A DNA stretch of 64,000 nucleotides from Octopus sinensis. Taxonomy: Eukaryota. Of the stretch, positions 26,830-38,460 are shown in pieces. The stretch's first letter is position 1, and the number at the start of each line of letters is the position of its first letter. The DNA is taken from contig NC_043003.1 in assembly GCF_006345805.1 (NCBI RefSeq), positions 83,824,001 through 83,888,000 of the forward strand, given 5' to 3'. Under the pieces are notes generated by a model. The model was not told the DNA's origin, searched no databases, and was given only the letters and a program-made list of their open reading frames with translations. The position numbers were made by a program, and so were the translations under genes.

Positions 26830-27118
26830 CGTGACCAACCAGGCTATCAGATGTTGCTACACATCGCTGGTCACAATGCGCTTCGCATTGTTTTAGCCTT
26901 CAAATGACGCCACCCCGCTGGCTAAGTGAGCAGGCCAACAAAAGAAACAGTGAGAGAAAGTTGGGACGAAAGAGTACAGCAGGGATCGCCACCACCCACT
27001 GCCAGAGCCTTAGGTGTTTTCACTCAATAAACACTCACAATGCCTAGTCTGGGAATCGAAACTGTGATCCTACAACCGCAAGTCTGCTGCCCTCACCACT
27101 GGGCCATTGCGCCTCCAC
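26826..27118 (-). mobile_element. tRNA-derived SINE sharing head/body with 10745-11058 but with a different tail
   Basis: Head ggaggcgcaatggcccagtggtgaggg...tttcgattccc and shared gagaaag..cgaaagagt.cagcag block. Confidence 0.75.
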
Positions 27119-27148
27119 ACACACACACACACACATATATATATCATA

Positions 27149-27372
27149 TTAATAATAATAAAGAGTATGGAGACATGTACATCCACAAGATTTATTTTAT
27201 AGTTATATACAGCATATTATTATAATGACCTATACATATTTCCGCCTTGTAATATTGTTGGTGCAGCTTCATCGGGGTCTGTTCATTTGGTTCGCTTTGA
27301 TGCTCTATATACCTATAAAATAAATTTTGTGCATGTACAAGCCTCCATACTCTTTATTATTATCAATATTAA
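27149..27372 (-). mobile_element. Hammerhead-like motif (27227-27279) enclosed by inverted arms of about 65 bp
   Basis: The left arm aataataataaagagtatggagacatgtacatccacaagatttattttatagttatatacagcat is an imperfect inverted copy of about 27300-27367. The interior reads GACC CCGAUGA ... GAAA UAUGUA U A GGUC on the minus strand. Confidence 0.65.
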
Positions 27373-27581
27373 TATACACTTATTTACTGTCCAGCAAAGA
27401 GAACACAGAATTACCTATCGGAAGAACTGAAGGAGTGACTAACAACTAAATGTAGTCACAGACATCAAATGCTAATTGCTGTGGTTAGCCATTAACTGGA
27501 ACTTCATTGAGAGTTAATTTGATATCTGCCTGAACATTATATCCCTCCAAACTCACTCCTACCTACCTGCCTGCCTGCATG

Positions 27582-27621
<40 letters not shown>

Positions 27622-28076
27622 AAAGTTTGTACATATTATTCCTGTATACAATACCAAGCTACTGAATCAATAATGTGATTGAAGGCAAATACCTCAGGGA
27701 TAGCATTCTGTATACTGAATATAAAAATTGCAGTTTTTCACATATCATATTGAGGGCTATAAAAGTTCCTTGATTAACCAGGATTATCTATGCAAATGGC
27801 AAACAAAATCTCCCTTTAGTGGGTGTTTAAAATAAAAAAAAAGAGTGGTATTACTACTACATGATTTAATGTTGAATTCTCACACTAGAAACACTAGCTC
27901 CAGTTGACTCACATTGTATCCAATGATGCATATTTCTCACCTAATTAACATTACATTATTAACCAAGAGATAAGCGCTAGTTCTATGTATTCTCAATTCA
28001 GGAAAAATTCACCTGACAGCATATTGAAATATCTCACTAAATACACACATAAGCACAAGGCAGATATATGCATCAC

Positions 28077-28126
<50 letters not shown>

Positions 28127-28276
28127 CATGAACATACACATAGCATATATAGTGCATGTATAAATATATATATATATATATACAAATACACACACACACA
28201 CACAGAGTATATATAGTGCATGTATGTGTGTGTGTGTATATATATATATAAAGAGACCAAAGTGTACGTACGCCGC

Positions 28277-28307
<31 letters not shown>

Positions 28308-28759
28308 CAAAATGGGACAAGAACGCAAAACATCCGGACAGTTAGGTGATACAAAAATGGGACAACAAAACATCCAGATAGACAATACAAAGAAATCAAG
28401 GACAGGTCATTTGAAGTTTTCTTTCCTCAGTCAAGTACCAGATTATCTTCGCAATTTCGGCTGATTATACTTGAGATTGCTCCAATCAGGCCAGCCCCAA
28501 GGAAAAACTAAGCTAAGTGCATTAGATTCCTTGGAAGAAAGCAGCGAATGTATACAAAAACAAGGACAGAAAAAAAACGAACAATGTTACACAAATACAA
28601 TAAATATAATAACAGGACATAACAACAGGTGCCTTTCGACTAAGGACAAATTAAATCAAGCTGGCGTGTGTGGAAATGAAGCCTTACTGTGTATTGGGGT
28701 TGATCTAATTGACTGGCCCCTTCCCCACAAAATTTCAGGCCTTGTGCCTAGAGCAGAAA

Positions 28760-29645
28760 ATAATATTTTGTTAACTTATTTGCTTTATTTGTCAAGTGAC
28801 ATCAAAAGCAGCCTAACATTCAAATTAGAATGCCATCATATTACTTTGTTTGAAGCCACTTTTCTTCCAGTTCTTTGACTCCATGCAAATACCAGTTTTT
28901 GTCTGTCGAGACAAAGAACTCTTTTACTGAAGCTTCCTCCACCTCTTGGTTGATGAAGCATCACAAGAGCAGAAATTGAGCCATGGATCAGAACAAGTAA
29001 TAATCCAAGGGTAGACTATATGCTGGGTATGGTATCAGTTCGATTCCTTCAAGTTCCTAGAGTTTATTCTGGGTCGTACAAGCAGTATGAGGTCTTGTGT
29101 AATCATGTTCCAGAAGAGCTCACTTTTTGTTAACCAATGCTGGATACTTTAGCCGCACAATAGCATACAACCACTGCAGTTGTTTGAAGTATAGGTTGAC
29201 ATCGATGGTTCAACCATCTAAAACAAATACGTGAATTACCTCCTCGTAATTCCACCAGACAGCAAGCATTAAAGCATTACCTTTTGTTCGAAATGCCCAT
29301 CTTTGGTGACAGGCTGTAGAAGCTGGCCCTTGCTTTACCAAGGCTTATGCATGTTAGGATTGCAGAAAAATATCTCCCTCAGATTACTGTTCTGATCCGT
29401 GGCTCAGTTCCTGCACTTGTAAGGTTTCATCAACCAAGAGGAAGGGAGTGGAAGCTCCAGTGAAGGAATTCTTTGCCTTGAAGGACAAGAACTGGTATCA
29501 GCATGAGATCAAAGAACTGGCAAAAAAGGTGGCTATATACAGTACAACACGATGGCCTCTACTTTGAATGCTAGGCTGCTTTTGTTGTAACTTGCTGAAT
29601 AAAGCAAGTAAGTTACCGTAATATTGCAAAACTTTTGACTCAACA
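28760..29645. mobile_element. Fold-back mariner derivative carrying two 3' ends
   Basis: Plus strand 29430-29570 encodes a mariner C-terminus (VKEFFALKDKNWYQHEIKELAK.W...HDGLYFE*). 28760-28960 is its inverted copy. Confidence 0.75.
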
Positions 29646-29704
29646 CAACAGAAGGTACTCTCTTAAGGTGACGTGCAGGGAAATTGAACCCAGAACTACA
29701 TGGC

Positions 29705-30650
29705 TGCATTCCACTGGATGTATAATGTCAGTGTGCATACACGACTGAGTGTTAGAGCCCTGAGAGAAAAGTTGTATTTAAGAAGCATCAGATATGGTGT
29801 GCAGGAGAGACGACTGCACTGGTATGGTCATGTGTTGTGAAGGAATGAGGACAGCTGTGTGAAAATGTATCACACCCTAGCAGTTGAAGGAACCTGTGGA
29901 AGAGGTAGACCCAGGTTTTCCTGGGATGAGGTGGTGAAGCATGACCTTCGAACATTGGGCCTTACCGAGGCAATGACTAGTGACTAAGACCTTTGGAGAT
30001 ATGCTGTGCTTGAGAAGACTCGGCAAGCCAAGTGAGATCATAACCTGTGGCCTATGCCAGTGGGTGTAACTAGCCCACTTATGAGTACCCCTCATTCATT
30101 GGACAATAAACTTTGCTTGCGAAGACCTGTTGAGGCAAGTGAAATCAAAATCAAGATTACTGACGTATCCAATGACAGTGCCGCCTGATTGGCACTCGTG
30201 CCAGTGGAACGCTAAAAGCATCATCTGAGCATGATTGTTGCCAGGGCCGCTGGTTGGCTCCTGTGCCGATGGCATGTAAAAAGCACCCTTCGAACATGAT
30301 CGTTGCCAGCATTGCCTTACTGGCACATGTGCCGGTGGCACGTGAAAAAACAACATTTGAGTGTGGTTGTTGCCAGTGCCACCAGACTGGCTCCCACGCA
30401 TGTAGCACATAAAAAAAACACCTTTTGAGCATGGTTGTTGCCAGAACCACCTGACTGGCCCTCGTGCCAGTTGCATGTAAAAGCACCCACTTCACTCTCA
30501 GAGTAGTTGGTGTTAGGAAGGGCATCTAGCTGTAGAAACTTTGCTAGATCAGATTAGAGCCTGGTGCAGCCTTCTTGCTCTCCAGTCCTCAGTCAAACCA
30601 TTCAACCCATGCCAGCATGGAAAGCAGACGTTACACGACGACGACAATGA
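29705..30650 (+). mobile_element. RTE LINE 3' fragment: ORF2 C-terminus plus full 3'UTR
   Basis: ERRLHWYGHV...AVEGTCGRGRPR..WDEVVKHDLRTLGL..LWRYAVLEKTRQAK*. The 3'UTR has tandem gtgcc..tggcac units of about 58 bp and a GAC/GAT tail. Confidence 0.9.
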
Positions 30651-30700
30651 TGATTCTTTTAGAACATATGTCAATAATAAAAACTCAGAAGTATGAAAAA

Positions 30701-31558
30701 TACTTGGTCTGATCAATAAGTATCCAGTCTGTTGCCATAGTAATGAATCTAAAGCACACCAAGTAAACCCACTTGGCACAGATTGACCTTGAACTCTGCT
30801 ATACACGTGCACTAAGTTTTAACATTCTAGCTCACTTCTGCTATTTACAGCAGTCTTGGTAGGAACGTGTGTAGTGTGTGATCGTCACATTAACCATGAC
30901 AGAGAAAGTTGAGCAGAGAATCTGCAACAAATTTTGCAAAAAGCTTGGTGATACCTGCTCAGAGGAGTATGCAAAGTTTTCAAAAAGTTTTCATCCCTCT
31001 CGAGACTATCAAGATCTTGTGCAACTGAAACTCGAGTGCCTTTTTGGTCAGCTGAAAGCAGTTTTGGTACAACGGTAGACATGTGTCTCATACCCAAATT
31101 TTCAGTGATAATGGACTGAACCATAACTAATCTGCAAATCTGATAACTCATGAATGGTAATTCAACAATTCCCCCTCACAGCTGCATGCACATCTGCTTT
31201 GCTTTTCTCAGTTTTGCTGGTTGAGGGTCTCCTGGAACGTTTGTCACTATCAACATTTTTTCAGCCATCTTGGAAAGGTCTGAACCACTTGTACACTTGT
31301 GTGGGGCTCATACACTTTCTGCAACTTTGCATAGGCCTCTGAGCAGGTATCGCTATGACAACTTTCTCTGCAACGATCACATGCTACACACGTTCCTTCC
31401 AAACACTGCTGTAAACAGCAGAAGTGAGCTAGAACATTAAAACATAGTGTGCATGCACAGCAGAGTCCAAAGTCAATATGTGCCAAGCAGCTTCACTCTG
31501 CATGCTTTAGCTATGTTACTATGGCAACAGTTTGGATACTCATTGATCACACCTTGCA
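30701..31558. mobile_element. Fold-back mariner derivative carrying two 5' ends
   Basis: TIRs tacttggtctgatcaataagtatcc.. / ..ggatactcattgatcacaccttgca. MTEKVEQRICNKFCKKLGDTCSE on the plus strand and SDTCSEAYAKLQKVY plus VVPKLLSADQK on the minus strand. Confidence 0.85.
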
Positions 31559-32804
31559 CAGTGGACTTGGGCAGGATTTGAACTCAGAATTTACAGAAAT
31601 ACTACAGATATTTTGTCTGCCATGGTACCAGTTCTGCTTCTCACTTCCCATTATATATATAAGCCAATAAAGAAGAATTTAGTTGACTGATTAACCAGCT
31701 AGAAATAGCAGCCATATATCCCTCAAGTCACATCATCTTAAAAATGAAAGGTTGCACTTGATAACATAGTCCTAGATAGAAAAAACAGACATTATAGGTC
31801 ATATCTGGAATGCCTCTGATCAGAGGTCTGCTTAAATAGAGCTGACATGGGGTTAAACATTAAGTACTAACACAAACTAAAAAGTGAATGCAACGGTATG
31901 TATATGTAAGAATCAGGATTCGAGGAATCAACTGAGAGTTTCAGCAATAATGACCATAAAATGTAGTTTGTAGGACTAGATAAGGTTTGTCACCATGAGG
32001 AGAGAAAAAGTATTTGATGATTCAAACCAGTCATGGACAAACTGTAGCCCGCAGGACTTTCTGAATGGTATGCAAATGAAAAATTATCTTAATTTTTTTT
32101 TAGTAGTGCGACCCACCTGATGATGAGCAACATTTCATGTGGCCCCCTTCTCATTTTATTTAGATAGATGTCCTTCAACAGAGTCAGTGAATGAAATGGC
32201 AGATATTTTCACCTTGTGGTAGCATCCAAACTTAGAGACACTGACAAAAAAAACCTTTTGAAAAATATATGCAAGCGTATGTTTATTTTGAAGGCTATGA
32301 TTGTTTTCAATGTTATTGTTACAAATTAATTAAATTCTTTCTTTTTTCTTTTTCAGATAATCTAAACTACTGATATGGTTGATATCCACTGGAATGTCTG
32401 TAATTGTTTAAGATATTTTGGCTAGCAGAAGTATACAGCTACACAACATGCAAGTTAAGTGATCTACAAAAGCATTGTAATCATTGTAGAGGATATGCAG
32501 AGAAAACAAAGCAGGCAGGAGAGACAGTTGTTTGTTGTTGTTTGGTAGCAAGTCAAACTGACTTCTGTTAAAATATTCCTGTTGAGATACACTAGCTTTA
32601 TTTCAATTTTGAAAATAATGAAAAATTTAGTAAAATAACTTTTTCATTATTAAGCTAGAATATGGAACATAACTTAAACTGAAATTTTGATGGGAGGTTT
32701 TAATTTAGATCAATTTAAAATATGAAGTCTGTAACATAGCACCAAGAACATTATGTCTTTTCTACTGGAAGAATTCTGGCTGTGCTTTGAAAGATATTTT
32801 TCTG

Positions 32805-33417
32805 CTATTTCTACTAGACCAAGAGGCCACATACATGATCCTATTTCTACTAGACCAAGTGGCAACATACAGGATCCTATTTCTACTAGACCAAGTGGCC
32901 ACATACAGGATCCTATTTCTACTAGACCAAGTGGCCACATACAGGATCCTATTTCTACTAGACCAAGTGGCCACATACAGGATCCTATTTCTACTAGACC
33001 AAGTGGCCACATACAGGATCCTATTTCTACTAGACCAAGTGGCCACATACAGGATCCTATTTCTACTAGACCAAGTGGCCACATACAGGATCCTATTTCT
33101 ACTAGACCAAGTGGCCACATACAGGATCCTATTTCTACTAGACCAAGTGGCCACATACAGGATCCTATTTCTACTAGACCAAGTGGCCACATACAGGATC
33201 CTATTTCTACTAGACCAAGTGGCCACATACAGGATCCTATTTCTACTAGACCAAGTGGCCACATACAGGATCCTATTTCTACTAGACCAAGTGGCCACAT
33301 ACAGGATCCTATTTCTACTAGACCAAGTGGCCACATACAGGATCCTATTTCTACTAGACCTAGTGGCCACATACAGGATCCTATTTCTAGTAGACCAAGT
33401 GGCCACATACAGGATCC
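32805..33417. repeat. Minisatellite, 17 x 36 bp
   Basis: Unit ctatttctactagaccaagtggccacatacaggatc. The central units appear identical, with variants in units 1, 2, 16 and 17. Confidence 0.97.
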
Positions 33418-35050
33418 CTTATTGAATTTTAATACTGATTATTAAGGCTGCTCTGTTCTTTCATAAGTAAATAAGAAAAATAAAGAGTAATTTGTAGGTT
33501 TAAAAAATACTTGATTTGCTGACGTTGCTTCCTTTATTTTGATTTCTTTAATACTTGTATACAATATTCCCTCTTAGCAGCATGCACACAGCCAAACAAT
33601 CACTGAGCTGATGTCATGCACACTGAAACATTGCTATTCATTTGAATTTACAAATGTGCACTCAAAAACCTGATTGAATGTTTGAATGCTACACATTATC
33701 TTTGAATTTAAAATAGTTTCGCTTAGACTATTAACAGTTTCATTTAATGCTTGGGCAACAATTAAAGAGAACAGTTACAGAGAATTATACGAACTAATTG
33801 GACTAATTTAGTCAATGGCAAATTGGCAGAGTCATTAGAGCATTTCAATAAAATTGCCTCATAGTATTTGTTTTGTCAATGCACTCTGCTCTTAAACCTG
33901 ACATAGGTCAACTTTACCTTTCATCCTTTTAGGGTGAATATAAGTCCTAAGATAGAACAGTAGATTAGCAGAACTGTTAGAGAGTAAAGAAAGATGCCCA
34001 GCAATACCTGTTCTGGCTCTTTGTGTACTGACAGCAATGATGACACTGGTGCCAAACTATACCAACCCAAGTTGACTCTTTTTTTTTTTTTTTGGCTAAC
34101 TATCAGTGGTGAGAAGGGAGATCTGCATACAAGAGAAACTGACAGTTTCCATTAAAATAACTTGTCCAGGCCTGCACATCCATGTGCAGTGGCCTGAGCA
34201 ATTGTCAATAAAGATGAAAGTAGGATAAGAAAAACACTGGAACAGCATGTTCCTATGATGCATATTCAGAGCTTATTTAAGTGCTCTACTGTGTTTCTCA
34301 TCAAGACACTTTATTACTATGTACAGCAAGTCACCCAGCAGTTGGAAATAGATGCCTGAATGCCTGTAAAACATTTATAGGCCTCGTGGTGCTTTAAACA
34401 TACTTCAATAGTGTATTTTTTTAAATGAGTAAAGGGAATTAACTCAAATGGGCCAATTACATAAATATTTCTAAGTTAAATAAAAGCTGATGTACAAAAT
34501 TCTGTGCACGAAATTTTTTGATTGATTGAAATTATCCTCTTGGTTGGAGAAAGAAAACAAAAAAAATCTCCACTGGTAATTGTTAGAAACTCTCAAAGAA
34601 AAGGGGAGATAATTACCAGAAGTTAATGTTTCCAAGGAGAATGAAAACCTGATCTTTGTTCACAGATAAGTAATATTTATAGGTATGTTTTCATACAATA
34701 GACTTCACAATTCCTGTAATTATTTCACATGCTTTATCTCCGTAATTATGTAGCAGACTTGTAAAAAGTAGTCTGTCTTGCTGTCTGTATGTTATGAGCT
34801 ATAGGTTAGTATGTTATCAGCAGTCGGTTTGATAATAACAAAGATATTAGATGGTATCTCTGTGATGGACTCTAAAACAAAATAAACATGTCAGACGAGA
34901 AGTTCTTTATTCTGCAACATGGTACAACCATTCTCCTATCCTTTAAGTACCTGTGATGAACTGAAGGAATATAAAAACCTGTGGGGATAATTCTGTGCAG
35001 AGAATAACAATGAATCTTTAGTTTTACAAACTGACAGGCATGCATCTCTT

Positions 35051-35691
35051 CTCTATATATATAAACGGCAAAATGTCTGTGTGCGTGTCCTTTACACAAA
35101 TCCACAATTTTTCAGTTAGAGGGCTCGCACTTACTATGGTCATTCAAAACAGTCCAAGAGTGGTCGTACACATCTTTACATTTCCCCAGTCACCCCGCAA
35201 AGCATGAAACTTGATACGCCAATTGAATGCCAGCTAGCTGTATATGGTGAGGGCGCGTGGCTTAGTGGTTAGGGCATTCGGCTCATGATCGTAAGGTTGT
35301 GAGTTCGATTCCCGGCGACGCGATGTGTCCTTGAGCAAGACACTTTATTTCACGTTGCTCCAGTCCACTCAGCTGGCAAAAATGAGTTGTACTTGTATTT
35401 CAAAGGGTCAGCCTTGTCACTCTCTGTGTCACGCTGATTATCCCCGAGAACTACGTTAAGGGTACACGTGTCTGTGGAATGCTCAGCCATTTGCATGTTA
35501 ATTTCACGAGCAAGCTGTTCCGTTGATCGTATCAGCTGGGACCCTCGTCGTCGTAACCGGCGGAGTCTTTTTTTAAGCTGTATGTGATTGGTTGGAGATT
35601 TGGACAGTACTCGCGTGTATGTGCGCACGTACACAGCTGTATATGCATGCACTAGCAGTATGACCCGGGGTTGCCAGGTCATAATGCTAGT
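35051..35691 (+). mobile_element. Non-autonomous Helitron-like element interrupted by a SINE
   Basis: Same termini and body as 22851-23215, with an internal deletion and an insert at 35244-35575. Confidence 0.8.
35244..35575 (+). mobile_element. CpG-rich (young) tRNA-derived SINE, fourth family
   Basis: A box tggcttagtgg, B box gttcgattccc and an 8-bp TSD agctgtat at 35236-35243 and 35576-35583. Confidence 0.9.
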
Positions 35692-37188
35692 CTTATATTA
35701 AATTACTAGTTAGGCTTAGTGATTAGGTTGTTGTACTCATGGACATAAAGCTGTGGGTTCAATTCCCTGGAATGGGTGCACTGTCCTCTTGATCAAGGTA
35801 CATCATTTAATGTTACTCGAGTCTGCTCAACTGAAAAGGAGTGCCAGCTGAGTGCAGTAAAGGAGCCCTCACTTCTATAAGCTGTTACATTTTTGATGCT
35901 CCTTTAGGTTAAGGGCTGAGAGTGTGTATATATCTTATCACCACTACATACACCTAAAACAATTATATCAAAGTATGGTACATGCTACCAGTAAATACTC
36001 AAATAGGAATGGTGGCTATAGTTTGGTTTATGACTTATATGAAAGGGGTTTTTTTTTCATGTATTTCTATAGAACTTCTTTAATGGAAAGTTTCAAATTT
36101 GAATGTAGGCAAAGTTTCACCTATGGGAGAGGGGTCTACACATCTACTCCACACATTCACTCAGACTACCAGAAATATCAGGTAAATCTTCTTCAAATCA
36201 TACTTTACAATCTTAGATAATATAATCCAACGTCGATCTTAAAAGATGGAATGGTATGGTTGGATTGCCTTTGAGCAAAGATCTGCTGAATGAAGAATGA
36301 CCTGGGACTAAACAACAAACTAACAAGGGATTCTTTACTTAGTCACTCAACTTGCAAGAAATAACAGCAAAAACTCCCTCAAATTACATTACTGACTTAA
36401 AAAAAGGAAGGAAACATTTGCTCATAAATCAGTTTGATCCACATTGAGCTGGGTTCAATAATAACCAATATCTTATTACTCTCTCCATTACCACCCTCTC
36501 AACTATAAATCTGTTCCTCTCAGCATGGCATTATAGGCAAGTGCTTCTACCCTAACATTGGATTCACCAAAGCCTTGTAAGTAAAATTTGGTAGTAGAAA
36601 ACTGTAAAGTGTGTTTGAGATATTATGCCAATAATAAACTCATGCACAGATTCTGTTTCATTTTTTTTATTATCATTAACCACTTAACTACCACCACCAT
36701 CAGTCAATCAATCAAATCAATTAGGTTTGTGTTGAAGTCCTTCCATCACCATTTGCCCTCTCTATTCCAGGTCTGCTGGTTGACTAATTGACTAATAATG
36801 GTAAAGGAATTCAAATGTAACCATGTGTGTGTGTTTATTAATGCCATAATATTGTTTCAATGTATAAGTTTACACCAAGAATCTTGTAAATCAAATGCAA
36901 AAACAAAATAATTTATTTTTCTATATTAGTAACAAAGTTTAGCAAAAAATATGGTACTGTGGGATTTTATTTCAGTAAAACCTGACCATGCAAGTTTTGT
37001 AGCAATAAAAGTGAATTAGTATGTATGTACATAATCTGCTACAAACAACAACCATATTTCACATCAACCACACCCTTCTAATTTGAAAGGACCTCTCTAA
37101 AAGAATAGAGTGTTTATGACTGAATAGTTGACTAAATAACAATAACAGTCAAAAAGGTTTTTTTTAAAAAAAAAGCTATATATTTTCA

Positions 37189-37438
37189 CCAAGCATAGAT
37201 TGACATACTTGGGTCATATTATGCGGAGAAAATCCCTGGAGAAGGACATCATGCTCGGAATGGTCAGTGGCAAGAGAGGAAGAGGCCAACCAAGAATCCA
37301 CTGGCTTGACACCATCAAGAGGGATACCGGAATGGACATAGCCAATCTGAAAGAAGCGGCCCAGGATAGAACTGACTGGAGGACACTGATCCAACGAGGG
37401 ACCGAGAGTCGACTTCGACTGAGCGGATAGATAGATAG
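37189..37438 (+). mobile_element. 5'-truncated RTE (BovB-like) LINE
   Basis: YLGHIMRRKSLEKDIMLGMVSGKRGRGQPRIHWLD motif, (GATA)n tail and an 11-bp TSD atatattttca at 37178-37188 and 37439-37449. Confidence 0.9.
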
Positions 37439-38034
37439 ATATATTTTCATTGTAATGTAAATCAGTCACTCTCATCATTAATGTTTCATTTTCATGTTGG
37501 GGTGTGTTGGATATTTCAGTAGGATCTGATGAGTCAGAGGACTGCATTTTGGTCCAATTCCAACATCTGCCCTGACATGGCTTCTATGGCTTGATGTCCT
37601 TCCTAATGTCAACTACTTTCTAGAGTGTACAGGTTGCATTTTTGTGGGCACCAACACTGGTGAAGTTGTCTTATAACTTGCAGAACCTCAGTCTTGCAAG
37701 TTGATCAACTTCTCTTTTTAATGTTATCTACACTAACATAATCTAATGTATTTTCATTTTTAAAGGTAACACAAATCTGGTCTGAGAAAGATTCAGTTTC
37801 TATCAGGTCAAGCAACCACATAGAGCAATGGTAACCTCATTACCTTATCTATGTGTGATTAAAGTACATGACAACACTAATAAACACTGCCTGTTATATA
37901 TATACTTTAGTGTATCATCATTACATTCTAGTAGAAAACCATTCACTTAGAAATTGTTATTGGCTTGTGTTTACTGAAACAGTTGATATTTCTCAGTCTT
38001 TCAATTTCCATATTATTGTCAAAAATACACAACT

Positions 38035-38035
<1 letters not shown>

Positions 38036-38065
<30 letters not shown>

Positions 38066-38460
38066 ACATTCAGTGTCTGCTTTCAATGCAGGCATCGGTC
38101 AGATGGTTTGACTGAAACTGGTAAGCCGGAGAGCTGCACCAGGTTCCAATCTGATTTGGCATGGTTTCTACAGTTGGATGTCCTTCCTAACACCAACCAT
38201 TCCAAGAGTATAAATGGGTGCTTTTTACATGACAATTAAGTGACACTGGCATTATCCACAACTATAATTTCATTGGCTTGATGAGTCTTCTCAAGCATGG
38301 CATATCGCCAAAGGTCTCAGTCTCTTATCATCTCCATGAGGCCCAATGTTCAAAGGGTGCTTTTCACGTGCCACCAGCACAGGTGCTTATTACGTGACAC
38401 CAGTATCGGCCACGACTACAGTTTCATTTGGCTTGACAGGTATTCTCAAGCATGACAAAT
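38036..38460 (-). mobile_element. RTE 3'UTR/tail fragment (subfamily also at 45808-45990 and 48445-48730)
   Basis: (CAT)n tail and shared gatggtttgactgaaactggtaagc...gctgcaccaggttccaatctga. Confidence 0.8.

Noticed and set aside
28440-28660. Penelope-like region with ..aatcagccGAAA and ..ttagtcGAAAggcacct on the minus strand
   Set aside because: Stem II or palindrome hints exist, but there is no CUGANGA-like core at the right place and no stem I. It is not counted as a hammerhead.
32330-32420. Strong plus-strand acceptor ttctttcttttttctttttcag
   Set aside because: All three frames close within a few codons and no partner exons were found.
32710-33445. Four ORFs of 212-232 aa
   Set aside because: They are by-products of a 36-bp tandem repeat lacking stops in four frames. 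There are no splice signals or recognisable domain.
37520-37560. ggat-CTGATGA-gtc-agag-gac motif
   Set aside because: GAAA is absent and the sequence belongs to a decayed RTE tail.
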